Source: an uncultured delta proteobacterium
Lineage (GTDB): Bacteria; Desulfobacterota; Syntrophobacteria; BM002
DNA length: 64,000 nt
Assembly (NCBI GenBank): GCA_963712115.1
Contig: CAVQGX010000033.1
Location: forward strand, 32,001-96,000
Reading direction: 5' to 3'
In this document: one piece after another, positions 8,054 through 18,715 of the stretch
How positions within the stretch are numbered: position 1 is the stretch's first letter
Layout: each line of letters begins with the position of its first letter
Notes under the pieces: generated by a model
The model's database searches: none
The model's input: only the letters and a program-made list of their open reading frames with translations
Told to the model about the DNA's origin: nothing
Position numbers and translations under genes: made by a program

Positions 8054-9193
8054 ATGAGCAGCGATTTATCAAAATATCGGCCTGAAAACGTACAAAAACG
8101 ATTTCCAAATTCCAAGGCGCCTCTGGTGAACGGCAAGGTGCTCTACCAGGCGGCCCGAAAAGCAAATGCGATGATCATGGCCGCAAACATCCGCTGCCGC
8201 CTGCCACTGGAGGGTATCATCCGGGCATCTATGGCAACTCAAGCGCCGGTAATTTACGAAATAGCCAAGTCTGAGCTGGGCTACACTGAGTTCGACCCCA
8301 TGCGCTTTGCGGAATTTATCGTCACGGAAAATGATCGGTTGGCAAACACCTCAGTGCCCTTCGCCGTCCATGGAGACCACATCACGGTGAAGAAACCAGA
8401 AGAAAAAAAAGAAGTGGCGGAGCTGGTCGCCGCTGAACTGGAAGCAGGGTTCACCACCTTCGCTATCGATTGCTCTCACATGGAGAACGAGTTGAACCTG
8501 GCCGCCACCCTGGAGTTGGCCCAACCCGTGGTTGCCGCCGGCCTCGGCCTGGAGGTGGAATTGGGGGAAATAGGGGCCAAGAGCGGTACTGCCGAAGGAT
8601 TCACCAGGCCAGATGAAGCTGAGTGGTTCATTTCTGGATTGGAAAAGGGCGGCGTCCACCCGAACCTGCTGGCCATAAATAACGGTTCCATTCACGGCAC
8701 TTACTTCGGCACCACGCAAGAAGGCATCCAGCTTGAACTTACCAAGGATATCTGGGAGGCCATCCAACCCTGGAAGGTTGACATTGCCCAGCACGGCATT
8801 ACCGGGACCTCGCTGGACAAGATCACCCAATTCATTTACCAAGGCATACGCAAGGGTAACGTGGGTACTTTCTGGCAGAACATCAGTTTTGGCCTAGCTA
8901 TGAACCAGAATGGCAACGCCCTCACCACACCTGAAAAACACTATATCAAGCGGTCTTACCGGGGTGTTCCAGATGAGCTCTGGGATAAAATGTGGAAATG
9001 GGCGGAGGACACCGGCAACACCGGGGGCAACATTAAAAAGGCAAACAAAGCTTTTGTTGACCAACTTAATGCTGTGGGAAAAGAATTTAAGGAACGGATT
9101 ACCCTGCAAGCCTATGAGGAGGCCATTCGCCTTTTTGAGGCCACCAATTCCGCAGGGCTGGCTAGGGAAGTCATTGGGTTGCTCACCGGTTAA
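8054..9193 (+). CDS. fba: Class II fructose-bisphosphate aldolase
   Basis: VHGDH, IDCSH, EVELGEIG, NGSIHG, AQHGITG motifs; next to glpX. Confidence 0.9.
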   Translation: MSSDLSKYRPENVQKRFPNSKAPLVNGKVLYQAARKANAMIMAANIRCRLPLEGIIRASMATQAPVIYEIAKSELGYTEFDPMRFAEFIVTENDRLANTSVPFAVHGDHITVKKPEEKKEVAELVAAELEAGFTTFAIDCSHMENELNLAATLELAQPVVAAGLGLEVELGEIGAKSGTAEGFTRPDEAEWFISGLEKGGVHPNLLAINNGSIHGTYFGTTQEGIQLELTKDIWEAIQPWKVDIAQHGITGTSLDKITQFIYQGIRKGNVGTFWQNISFGLAMNQNGNALTTPEKHYIKRSYRGVPDELWDKMWKWAEDTGNTGGNIKKANKAFVDQLNAVGKEFKERITLQAYEEAIRLFEATNSAGLAREVIGLLTG

Positions 9194-9392
9194 CAAATAA
9201 TTGGCTAGAAGTGAGTTGCATGGGGCAATTTGGGATCTCAGATTGCAGATTTTTGATTTAAGATTTCAAGTCGTATGCTTTGTCTATAAATCTACAATCT
9301 CAAATCTTAAATCTCAAATAAAATTCGAAATTCGCAATTCGAAATAATCTCCCCATGCCCCATGCCCAAATGACGGTGGAGAATAATAAATA

Positions 9393-10436
9393 ATGGCAAA
9401 AGTCAGCAAGGCTGCAGAAAAGGAAACGGCGATGGACATGGGTCGGGAAGTTACACTGGAGTTCATTCGAGTCACGGAAGCTGCTGCTCTTAAAGCCAGC
9501 CGCTGGATGGGAAGAGGCGATAAAGAGGCAGCTGACCAGGCAGCAGTGGATGCCATGCGCGGCATGTTAGATCTTGTCAGTATTCGCGGTACCATCATCA
9601 TTGGAGAAGGAGAGAAGGACCAGGCTCCTATGTTGTACATCGGCGAGAAAGTGGGTGGCGGTGGCTTGCGAGATCCAAAGGTGGACATTGCCGTGGACCC
9701 GATTGATGGCACCACCTTAACTTCCAAGGGGCTTCCAAACGCCATCTCAGTAATTGCAGTGGGAAACGAGGGTACTCTTACTTCTTTTCCCTGCCACTAC
9801 GTGAACAAGATCGCTGTGGGCCCCCGGGCCAAAGGAAGCATTGACATAAATGATCCCGTAGAAGCCAACCTGGAGAGGGTGGCCAAGGCCTACAACGCTC
9901 GCACCAGAGACTTGACCGCAATAGTGCTTGATCGTCCCCGTCACTCGGAGATAATAGAGCAGATTCGCGAGACTGGTGCTCGGATCAAGCTTATCAGCGA
10001 CGGTGACGTTGCCGGGGCCATAGCAACTGCCATGGAGGATTCAGGGGTGAACATCCTCTTCGGTATAGGGGGTTCTCCTGAGGCAGTATTGGCCGCTGCC
10101 GCCCTCAAGTGTTTAGGGGGCGAGATGCAGGTTAAGATGTGGCCAAAGAATGATGAGGAGCGAACGAAAATTTTAGACATGGGGTACTCTGAAGGGGATC
10201 TTGCCGAGGTTTACGAAACCGAGGATTTAACCAAGGGAGATAGTATCATATTCTGTGCTACCGGTATTACCGGTGGTGACTTTCTACCAGGGGTTCGGTA
10301 TCGAGGCAATATTGCCATAACCAATTCTGTTGCCATGCGGGTCAAAACTACCACGGTGCGTTATGTGACTGCTTACCACGACCTAGACATCAAGACCATT
10401 CCCTCAAGGGCCGAAGCACGGGAAATAGAGATTTAA
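9393..10436 (+). CDS. glpX: Class II fructose-1,6-bisphosphatase
   Basis: RVTEAAA, IGEGEKDQAPMLYIGE, VDPIDGT, SDGDV motifs. Confidence 0.95.
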   Translation: MAKVSKAAEKETAMDMGREVTLEFIRVTEAAALKASRWMGRGDKEAADQAAVDAMRGMLDLVSIRGTIIIGEGEKDQAPMLYIGEKVGGGGLRDPKVDIAVDPIDGTTLTSKGLPNAISVIAVGNEGTLTSFPCHYVNKIAVGPRAKGSIDINDPVEANLERVAKAYNARTRDLTAIVLDRPRHSEIIEQIRETGARIKLISDGDVAGAIATAMEDSGVNILFGIGGSPEAVLAAAALKCLGGEMQVKMWPKNDEERTKILDMGYSEGDLAEVYETEDLTKGDSIIFCATGITGGDFLPGVRYRGNIAITNSVAMRVKTTTVRYVTAYHDLDIKTIPSRAEAREIEI

Positions 10437-10597
10437 GAAACAACTAGTCAGGAGTCAGAATCCAGGGATTGTGGCATAGGGCATGGAGCTAGAATATTGC
10501 GGATTGCGGATTTCGGATTTTCAAATTACCAGGCGTGACCTCCGACCTCTGATGTCTGACTTCTGACCTCTCATCGCCGTCTCGCCCTTTCTCCGCG

Positions 10598-10638
10598 CCT
10601 GCCCGCCATCGGCTTCGCCTTCAGGCGAGGCGGGCGGG
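10598..10638. repeat. GC-rich ~40-nt palindromic insert (family also at 104-190 and 6751-6790)
   Basis: cctgcccgccatcg...caggcgaggcgggcggg. Confidence 0.75.
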
Positions 10639-10737
10639 TCCCCGCTTCGCTCCGCCTTGCCTAGTATCAATAGTCCCTCTGAGGACTCGAGAGACCCCGA
10701 GTTCACAGAGGGGGAACGGGCGAGAAATGCTTTTTCC

Positions 10738-10923
10738 TTACTCGAGGACGATCTTGTGATTGACCAGTGACATGCTCTTCAATTTGGCATCCAGCACCTT
10801 CTGCTCCCCGAAGATGTTTGCCAAGCGAATCTTTCCCTCTTCAGCTTGCTCCAAAATGTCCACAGCCTCCAGTATCAACTCCTCTTTCCCTTCCTTGAGC
10901 AAATAGGCGTTGGCTTCACACAT
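10738..10923 (-). CDS. CooT-family nickel-binding protein
   Basis: MCEANAY..EELILEAVD..NIFGEQK..LVNHKIVL, ~61 aa; GGAGG RBS. Confidence 0.85.
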   Translation of the reverse strand: MCEANAYLLKEGKEELILEAVDILEQAEEGKIRLANIFGEQKVLDAKLKSMSLVNHKIVLE

Positions 10924-11319
10924 GATGTTCACCTCCTGAAACCACTAAAATTATTATTTCACCCCGGAGTCTCACGGAGTTAGACCGAATTAGCAGAATG
11001 CTCTCTTTCGCTTCTTGCACTTTATGGAGCGAAATCAAATTACGCGCACATCTTCCTATCTTTCCAGTGATCTTCCGTGTCTCTCCGTGGTGAACTTTTA
11101 CATAAAATAGGGCCACGACAACCCTTTTGCGCTGTGGCCTTCGTGACCCCTAGGGAAAGACCTTCTCGATCTTTTTTTCAATTTACCATTGAGCAACTCC
11201 TTTGACAAGAAAGAAGTCTTCTTGAATGGGGGATTGCGGAACTTGGAATGCGGATTTTGGCTTTGTCTGTCAGTTCCCCGTTACTAATTGACACCGAAAT
11301 CCGAAATCCGAAATCTCCC

Positions 11320-14055
11320 CTACTGGGCATGCATTCTTTGCTTTTGCTCTGAAGGAATAATTGCTTCCACCGGCTTTTCTGGAATGGCGCTCACAAGTAG
11401 ATGGTATTGAAAGAGCCTCCGGGCGACTTTGAGAACATCCTCTGCACTTACCTGTTCAACAAGCTTTGGGTAGCGAGCGTCCCAATCGTATCCCAATCCC
11501 AATGCCTCGTTTACTGCCGCACTACGGGCCTGAGCGGTATTGGTCTCCAAACTCATCTCATGCATTGTGACAACCATGTCTCTTGCAGCTGCCAATTCTT
11601 CACTGGTCAGCGGCTGTTGCTGAATCTTTTGCAGCTTCGCCAAAATTATCTCCACCACCTTTTCATAGTTGGCCATAGTGGTCTGGGTGATAATCCCAAA
11701 ATGACCACCATCAATGCCAGCACTAGGGAAGGCGTGAATAACGTAAACTAAACTCCGATTCCCTCCCCTCAAGGCCTCATGCAACCATCCGCTGGGGTAG
11801 CCGATACCAGACAAAACCGCGTCGATTACATCTAGTGTCGGCCTCTCGGGATCCTCCAAAGTAATGCCATTGGTGCCCAGATAAATGGCAGCTGAGACTT
11901 TGTCTGTCTTTTTCTTAATGCGCTCACTGCGAGTGAGGGGCGCTACCGTTTTACTGATGACAGGTTCAGCTACCTTTCCTGTCCTCCATTTGCCGAGGGC
12001 AGACATTACCTCTGTCACCATCTTGTCTGGATCAATATCACCGAAAATTGCCAGCACCGCATTGTTGGGCATGACCATTTGCTGGTAGAAGTTCATGATG
12101 TCCATGCGGCTCATTTTATTGATCGCCTCTTCAGTGCCAATGATGTCATTTCGATAGGGATGATGCTGATAGTATTGTCTGCGGAAAACCCGTGCTACTT
12201 CATTTTCCCAACTCTCATCAAGACGGCGGATAGCCAGTAGAGTATCAGTCCGTTGCTTTTCGATTTCTTTTTCCGGAAAGCTGGGGTTCTGCAGCACATC
12301 TGCCAGCAATTCCAGTCCCATGTCAGCGTCATCCTTGAGTACCGATAGTGAAACATAGTAGGTATTCCGTCCTGAGCCCGAGTCCAGACTCCCGCCTAAG
12401 CTTTCTATGGTTGCAGCGATATCGCCCTTACTTCTGCTACCAGTCCCTTTGGTTAACAGTTCCATGGTGAAAGTGCTGATGCCCTCCAGGTCTTCTGGCT
12501 CGAACCTTTGTCCCCCGAGGCCGAATACCTGGTAGTGGACAATTGGCACTGAGGGGTTGCGTTTCAACAGCAAGGTCAATCCGTTGTCGAGAGTAACCTT
12601 GCTGATTTTTGTCGCCGTCCTCTGGAGGGTAGCTTCCGCCCTTTCTGCTGGTTTTCGCGGTGGAGACAGAATAGAGACGGTACTAGCCTCCTGGCGCAGG
12701 TAAGTACGGGCCACCCGCCGGATGTCTTCTCGGCTAACTGCCTTGATCCTCTCTACATAAAGACTGTCGAAATAGGGGTCGCCTGTTGCAGCATAGGAAC
12801 TCGCAAGACTGGAGGCCATCCCTGCAGCAGATTGCTTGGAAAAAGTGAAGTCAGCAATAATCTGACGCTTGGCCTTTTCCAACTCGCCTTTTTTCACCAG
12901 GTTTTTCTTTATTAGAGCGACCTCATCCCAGACTGCTGCCAGAGTTGGTTCGAGTTTCTCACCATCTAGGGTGAAAGAAAAGTTAAAGAGCCCAGGTGCA
13001 TAAGATGGGGTCCAACTGGAAGCACTCACTGAGAGCACCAAATCCTCTCGATCCTTGAGCCCAAGGTAGAGTCTGCTGGTTCGCCCCTGACCCAGGATAA
13101 TTGCCATAACATCTAGGGGATAAAGATCTGTATGACTCAGAGGGACCGTATGGAAACCAATGATCATGGATGTTAATCTGGCGGGAGGAAATGACTTTTC
13201 TGCCCATCTCGGTGTTGTCTGAGTTTGCTCCGTCTGGAGCACTATTGGTGGATCGAAGGTCCGCAATATGTTCTTGCTCAGCTCCAGCACCGTTTTCAAA
13301 GCTTCCGCAGTCTGCACATCGCCAACAATGGTTACTACCATGTTCTGCGGAGTGTAGCGCTGCCGGTAGTAGTCCAGGAGGTCATCACGACTGATGGTCA
13401 CGAACACGTCCTCGTAACCAATTACTGGATGCCGAATAGGATGCTCGAGATAGGCGGTCTGGGAAAATAACTTCCACAACTGCCGGCCTCCATCGGTCTC
13501 CCCCAGTTTATATTCCTGTTGAATTACTGCTTTTTCCCTTTTAACCTCCTTAGGATCCAACAGAGATTCAGATACGTAGGAAAAAAGCAGTTTTAGGGCT
13601 TCTCGGTAATGTTCTCCAGTGGTGTCGATAAAGTAGACGGTTCGGTCGTAGCTGGTGTAGGCATTGCTGGCACCGCCCAGCGACTTTAGCATTTTCTGGG
13701 CTTCCACTTCAGTGAACGATCTGGTGCTGCCACCTGAAACCACGTGTTCGAGATAATGAGAGAGGCCAGCAAAAGAATACTTGCCTTCATAGATAGAGCC
13801 CGCCTTTACCAGTATCTGAGTGGAAACGACCCGGGAAGCATGATTTTCTCGGATAAGGATGGTCATGCCGTTTCGCAGTTGCACAAAGGTATCGCCCGGT
13901 TTTGACGGCAGCACCTTACTCACTCGCGCAACCATGTCTTGCGGTAGAGCCAAGGCCTCGATATCGACCAGCTGCAAGTCGTCATTCTGAGCGAAAATCG
14001 GGGTGACCAGCGCCAGTATCAATACGGAACACCAAATAAGTATTGCTTTCCTCAT
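11320..14055 (-). CDS. M16 (pitrilysin-like) zinc peptidase, exported
   Basis: Signal peptide; GLSHYLEH inverted zinc motif, NAYTSYDRT; two tandem M16 halves. Confidence 0.92.
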   Translation of the reverse strand: MRKAILIWCSVLILALVTPIFAQNDDLQLVDIEALALPQDMVARVSKVLPSKPGDTFVQLRNGMTILIRENHASRVVSTQILVKAGSIYEGKYSFAGLSHYLEHVVSGGSTRSFTEVEAQKMLKSLGGASNAYTSYDRTVYFIDTTGEHYREALKLLFSYVSESLLDPKEVKREKAVIQQEYKLGETDGGRQLWKLFSQTAYLEHPIRHPVIGYEDVFVTISRDDLLDYYRQRYTPQNMVVTIVGDVQTAEALKTVLELSKNILRTFDPPIVLQTEQTQTTPRWAEKSFPPARLTSMIIGFHTVPLSHTDLYPLDVMAIILGQGRTSRLYLGLKDREDLVLSVSASSWTPSYAPGLFNFSFTLDGEKLEPTLAAVWDEVALIKKNLVKKGELEKAKRQIIADFTFSKQSAAGMASSLASSYAATGDPYFDSLYVERIKAVSREDIRRVARTYLRQEASTVSILSPPRKPAERAEATLQRTATKISKVTLDNGLTLLLKRNPSVPIVHYQVFGLGGQRFEPEDLEGISTFTMELLTKGTGSRSKGDIAATIESLGGSLDSGSGRNTYYVSLSVLKDDADMGLELLADVLQNPSFPEKEIEKQRTDTLLAIRRLDESWENEVARVFRRQYYQHHPYRNDIIGTEEAINKMSRMDIMNFYQQMVMPNNAVLAIFGDIDPDKMVTEVMSALGKWRTGKVAEPVISKTVAPLTRSERIKKKTDKVSAAIYLGTNGITLEDPERPTLDVIDAVLSGIGYPSGWLHEALRGGNRSLVYVIHAFPSAGIDGGHFGIITQTTMANYEKVVEIILAKLQKIQQQPLTSEELAAARDMVVTMHEMSLETNTAQARSAAVNEALGLGYDWDARYPKLVEQVSAEDVLKVARRLFQYHLLVSAIPEKPVEAIIPSEQKQRMHAQ

Positions 14056-14374
14056 GTTCTAAAGTCTCCTATGCTAGCGCATGGCGTAAAAGAAAATTAG
14101 CCAGCGGTCAGAATCCATAATTCAGGAGAAAATATCAAAAACAATAATTACAATCTCCTGGCTACTGACTTCTAGCTCCTGTATTCTTCAAGCTTGTGTC
14201 TTACGCCTTGGACCGTAATAGTTATGAATGCTAGGTTGCACTGCATACTGCCTTACTATTTCAGTTTAGGCTTTGCATTAACAAACGCTGTGTGCTCAAA
14301 TAGTAATCACCCTTCCCTGCAGCGTCTAGCGTAAAATTTTTATAGAGGTGCAGCCTTTGCCTAATTCAGAGCAG

Positions 14375-14794
14375 ATGAAAAAGGCAAAATTTCAAGATGT
14401 GGTCACCGTCTTTCTCACCTGGGGCGGTAAAGTCTTGGTGCTCAAAAGAAGCGGAAAGGTAGGTACCTACAAAGGTCATTGGGCCGGGATTAGCGGCTAT
14501 TTGGAAAGTGAAGATCCTCTGAGGCAGGCATATGAGGAAATGGTCGAAGAGGTGGGCCTTGGCAAGGAAGACGTCTCCTTAGTGAAGATGGGCAAGCCCC
14601 TTGAGATCTTTGATCCGGTTCGGGAGCGCGCCTGGCGGGTTCATCCTTTCCTTTTTGTTGTCCATAACCCTGATAAAATCAGACTGGACTGGGAGAACCT
14701 CGAAATGCGCTGGATCCTTCCTGAAGAAATTGTCCAACTCCAGACCGTCCCGGCGCTAAAAGAAACATTAGATAGGGTAATTGGGGATGGCTAG
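14375..14794 (+). CDS. NUDIX hydrolase
   Basis: VLVLKRSGKVGTYKGHWAGISGYLE..AYEEMVEEVGL Nudix box; LDWEN. Confidence 0.85.
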   Translation: MKKAKFQDVVTVFLTWGGKVLVLKRSGKVGTYKGHWAGISGYLESEDPLRQAYEEMVEEVGLGKEDVSLVKMGKPLEIFDPVRERAWRVHPFLFVVHNPDKIRLDWENLEMRWILPEEIVQLQTVPALKETLDRVIGDG

Positions 14795-15047
14795 GGATTA
14801 AGCAATGGACCAGGTAAACAGCGACGATTGCCCTCTGGAGTAATGGAGCCTATGAAATCCCAAACTCCAAGCACCAAATTACAAACAAATTTCAAATTCC
14901 AATACCAAATGACCGAAACAGGTTTGAAATTTTGAATTTTGGTCATTGTTATTTGTTTGTGATTTGTGATTTGGAATTTTTGGTAAATCTAGTACTCCAT
15001 TACTCCAGCTTGCGTCTCTTTGTGGATCAAAACGCTCTTCTGTGCCT

Positions 15048-15965
15048 ATGAACTGGGTTGAGAAAAAGATTGATGCTATGGCGAGGGATCGGAGTCACGG
15101 TGCCGCCCAATTGGCAAGTTCTGCCATTAAAATTCTCGTAAGTGTGTGCAAACGTTGCAGTGGAAAAGATTTAGGGCAACTCGCTTCTGCAGTCAGACAA
15201 ACCGCACTATCTCTTGCAAAGGTGCGCCCTTCTATGGCACCCATCCGCAATTGGAGCTTGGTCTTTTCCCATCGCTTCCACGAGAAAATCAACGACACCA
15301 CTTCTCTCTCGGAAGGGCAACAACAAGGAGTAATGTTAGGAGAAGAATTATTGGCAGAGCAGCAAAGATTCGTCGAACTCCAGGTTAAGGCTGCCCGAGC
15401 CATACTCAAAAACTGTAAGTCCTTGGTAACCCTAAGTTATTCCTCCACGGTAGAATCAATCCTGAGGTACTGCCTACCATCCAGTTGTCGGATTGTCATC
15501 GCTGAGTCCCGTCCTTTGATGGAGGGACGTCGTTTATTCAAAAACCTAGAGCACATTTTCACCGACCTCCGTGTGATTACCGATGCCCAAATGGGACTAG
15601 CCATCCCAAAGACAGACCTGGTGCTGGTGGGGGCTGATACGATCCTAGCTGATTTAGCCGTGGTCAATAAGACTGGCACCTATCTGTCCGCTCTAGTTTC
15701 TCACACTCACAGTCGCGATTTTTTTGTGGCCGCTGACACTTACAAAATCAATGCTGCCATGGATTCCGGCAATTGCGTGCTGGAATCCAAATCCGGTAGA
15801 GAGTTGTGGCCAAACCATGAAAAACACTGCGACAACGTGTACTTTGACATTACCCCTGCTAAGCTTATTTCAGGTTTTGTTACCGAGGAAGGCATTCTTG
15901 ATGTGGCAGGCATGAAACCACACGTCCAAAAATGGCAGCGGTTGTCACAGGATTTTGACATTTGA
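15048..15965 (+). CDS. eIF-2B alpha/beta/delta-family (R15P isomerase-like) protein
   Basis: DRSHGA, RPSMAPI, TLSYSSTV, ESRPLMEG, VGADTI, NKTGT, YFDITP. Confidence 0.85.
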   Translation: MNWVEKKIDAMARDRSHGAAQLASSAIKILVSVCKRCSGKDLGQLASAVRQTALSLAKVRPSMAPIRNWSLVFSHRFHEKINDTTSLSEGQQQGVMLGEELLAEQQRFVELQVKAARAILKNCKSLVTLSYSSTVESILRYCLPSSCRIVIAESRPLMEGRRLFKNLEHIFTDLRVITDAQMGLAIPKTDLVLVGADTILADLAVVNKTGTYLSALVSHTHSRDFFVAADTYKINAAMDSGNCVLESKSGRELWPNHEKHCDNVYFDITPAKLISGFVTEEGILDVAGMKPHVQKWQRLSQDFDI

Positions 15966-16200
15966 GGTAGTTCTAGTTAAAGAGATTGATTTGAGGATTC
16001 ACAACTGTAACAGAGCCAATTAAATCCTAAATCCCAATATCTAAATCCTAAACAAATTCAAATTTCCAAAATTCGAATGACCAAAACCTACTGTGACTGA
16101 ATTTAGCTTTCTGTCGTTTGGAGAATTGGAGCATTTGAATTTCGTATTTGTTTCGTGTTTCGGATTTAGGATTTCGAATTTACCTGCGGCTTCGCAGGGC

Positions 16201-16383
16201 TAGCCCACATTCTTTACGAAACGTTGTCACGAGACCGTAAAGATGGTCGTGCTACCGGGCACCCGCAGGGTTTCGCAGCCGAGACGTACTTGACCGTACG
16301 TCGCAGGGTTCGAGACCCGAGGACGACCGGAAGGACGGCCATATCTGGGGTCGCAGTAGACGGTTCGTGAGGAATGGGGGCTA
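16201..16383. mobile_element. TA-flanked structured repeat element, copy 1
   Basis: TAGCCC...GGGCTA imperfect terminal arms; internal homology with 33512-33706. Confidence 0.75.
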
Positions 16384-17190
16384 AGAACTCGAGGAAGGAT
16401 CTAAAGGATAGGCTTGCGGGGCTGCTTCTTCATTCACCAGTTCGCTAACAGCCACATTTTCGGCCTGGACAGTTGAGTCCAAGATGAGCTGCTCCTCTTG
16501 GTCATAGACCAAGATGCGGAAAGCCTCGGAATGGGAGAATGGAAAGGCAAATTTCCCGTTGACATATTTGAAATACCTTATACTGAACCCCACCGATTTT
16601 CTCAATTTGACCGGCATACCATCTTCCAATCTCATACTGGGAAATGAGACGAATCGCGGCTGGTGCGGTGGCCTGAGAGAAGCAACTATGGCCACATTTC
16701 CGACTATGGGTTCACCAATAAGGTTTACCAATTTAAAGCTAAAGTCAAAACCTTCCCTATCATCAGCCAGGTGGATTACTTTGGCATCTTCAACCTTGGC
16801 TACAGGTTGCCCATCGGTTTCTCTTTCGCCACCAATCTGGATCTGAGACTCTCTCGCCTCTGAACTTGTCTCATCCTTCTCCTCAACCGGGGTAACCTCC
16901 ACTGGTGGCCTGGCTGCAGTTTCTGCTATCGCTTGTGCAGGATCCTCTCCACCCTGCCTTTCCGACCGTTCTTCGAACTTGGTCATTAGCTGCTCGAGAA
17001 GGGCTATCCTGCCTTCCAGCCTTTGGCTTTCTTCTCGTTCTTGAAAATAGGCTTGTGCAAAAAAAATGCAGCTCACCACCAAGACTATCAACATGGCCAG
17101 TGGCAAGTAAACAACGCGACGATCCAGATTGAAGGTACGGGTCTTGCCCTTGTGTCTGGAAAATATTGTTATCGAGTAGTCACTTTCCAT
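16381..17190 (-). CDS. Membrane-anchored coiled-coil hypothetical protein
   Basis: One N-terminal TM helix, coiled coil, acidic linker, beta-rich C-terminal domain; downstream of bactofilin. Confidence 0.7.
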   Translation of the reverse strand: MESDYSITIFSRHKGKTRTFNLDRRVVYLPLAMLIVLVVSCIFFAQAYFQEREESQRLEGRIALLEQLMTKFEERSERQGGEDPAQAIAETAARPPVEVTPVEEKDETSSEARESQIQIGGERETDGQPVAKVEDAKVIHLADDREGFDFSFKLVNLIGEPIVGNVAIVASLRPPHQPRFVSFPSMRLEDGMPVKLRKSVGFSIRYFKYVNGKFAFPFSHSEAFRILVYDQEEQLILDSTVQAENVAVSELVNEEAAPQAYPLDPSSSS

Positions 17191-17306
17191 GGGCTTTTCT
17201 GGTATGGGCAAGTAGCTGCTGGACCAGGTACATCTAACAGCCACACCGGTAGCGAAAGAATAATAACCCTTTCTAGATTGATAAACTGCTCTATTTGGAG
17301 CTTAAT

Positions 17307-17765
17307 TCACGCCTGGGGTAGGCTTTCGATGGGATCAGAAGGGGATTGGATGTTGGCCTGATCGCTTTTTTTCGCAGACAAGCCACTTTCCAACTGCTTA
17401 TAAGCGGTTTCCGTTGCCTCCATCATTTTGAACGAACCGTCCACCATTCCACCCTCAGCAACGGTGATCGTTGTTGCCTCAATATCTCCGGTCACCCGCC
17501 CCGTGGGAGTGATTTCCAATCGGCTCCTAGCGTTAATATTGCCAACAACCTGACCGCCCACTACAATGGAGTCGGCGTAAATATCAGCCTCCACCTTGCC
17601 TTCGCGGCCTACTACAACCTCACCTTTGGCCTCGATTCTCCCTCTAATGCTGCCCTCGACACAAACACTTCGGTCACTCTGGATTGACCCTTCGAAAAAA
17701 GTGTTCGGACCGATAAGGGTATCCAAGGACAAATCTTTCCCTTTTTTATTCTTATTAAGTTTCAT
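17307..17765 (-). CDS. Bactofilin (CcmA-like cytoskeletal protein)
   Basis: DTLIGPNTFFEGSI..VEGSIRGRI..GKVEADI..GRVTGDI..EGGMVDG beta-helix repeats. Confidence 0.92.
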   Translation of the reverse strand: MKLNKNKKGKDLSLDTLIGPNTFFEGSIQSDRSVCVEGSIRGRIEAKGEVVVGREGKVEADIYADSIVVGGQVVGNINARSRLEITPTGRVTGDIEATTITVAEGGMVDGSFKMMEATETAYKQLESGLSAKKSDQANIQSPSDPIESLPQA

Positions 17766-18715
17766 TGCCCGCTACCCTCGATTTGCAAAGGGCGGACCAA
17801 GAGACGATTGGCCTTCGCGTTTAAAATGTAGTGAAGCGGATTGACGCACCTATCCTTGACTTTAATCATGTAGTGCAGATGATGGCCAGTTGACAGTCCG
17901 CTATTACCCATGGAAGCAACAATGTCGCCCCGCTTAACTTTCTGTCCGGGACTTACATTGCAAGCCGAAAGATGCCCATAAGTGGTAATGATCTTTCGGC
18001 CGTGGTCTATCTTTAGGAATTTGCCAAGATATTTGTCGTATCCTCTCTTGATAACCGTGCCATCGGCAGGTGCGACAATAGGCGTCCCTTTACCACTGCT
18101 AATGTCCAGTCCGTTGTGGAACTCCTTTAGACCCGTAAAGGGACTGCGTCGCCAGCCAAAGCCCGAGGAAAACCAGTAATCAGTAACGCTAATAGGCATG
18201 ATACTCGGAGTACTATCCCAGTTCTCCCGTTGACTCCGCATGGTTTCCACCAACTCCTGCAGGTCCAATTCCAAGCTCTTGGCCCTTTGCAGAACTGAAA
18301 CCTCTTTGGGTTTGGCCGGAAACGGCACGCTGCCGCTGGCCATGGCATCATTTGGAGCTATGGTGGAAAGATCCGGGGACGGCTCACCTCCCTGGCCGAG
18401 ACCGTTTGTCTCTTCACCACTCTTTTCCACCCCTAGAAAACTTCGGATGGTATTCTCATCCTTGCGGATTCGCTCCATGGTCTGTCGAAGTGCATCCAAT
18501 TCCCTCTCTTTCTCGAGCAAATAGGTATTTTCCTCTCGTAATTCGAGGTAGTCATCATAGAGACTTTTGCCAAAATAGCCCCCAGTCGCCAGAAGTGCCC
18601 AAGAGAGCACAAGCGTACCCACAAAAACATACAAGATTAGAGGGGGGAGAGAGAAGGTTCGGGATCTAGAACTCACCGACGGCATCCACATCACAGTTAT
18701 TCTTTTTCGCTTCAT
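17762..18715 (-). CDS. M23-family peptidoglycan endopeptidase
   Basis: TM, coiled coil, FHNGLD, TYGHL, STGHHLHY. Confidence 0.92.
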   Translation of the reverse strand: MKRKRITVMWMPSVSSRSRTFSLPPLILYVFVGTLVLSWALLATGGYFGKSLYDDYLELREENTYLLEKERELDALRQTMERIRKDENTIRSFLGVEKSGEETNGLGQGGEPSPDLSTIAPNDAMASGSVPFPAKPKEVSVLQRAKSLELDLQELVETMRSQRENWDSTPSIMPISVTDYWFSSGFGWRRSPFTGLKEFHNGLDISSGKGTPIVAPADGTVIKRGYDKYLGKFLKIDHGRKIITTYGHLSACNVSPGQKVKRGDIVASMGNSGLSTGHHLHYMIKVKDRCVNPLHYILNAKANRLLVRPLQIEGSGQ

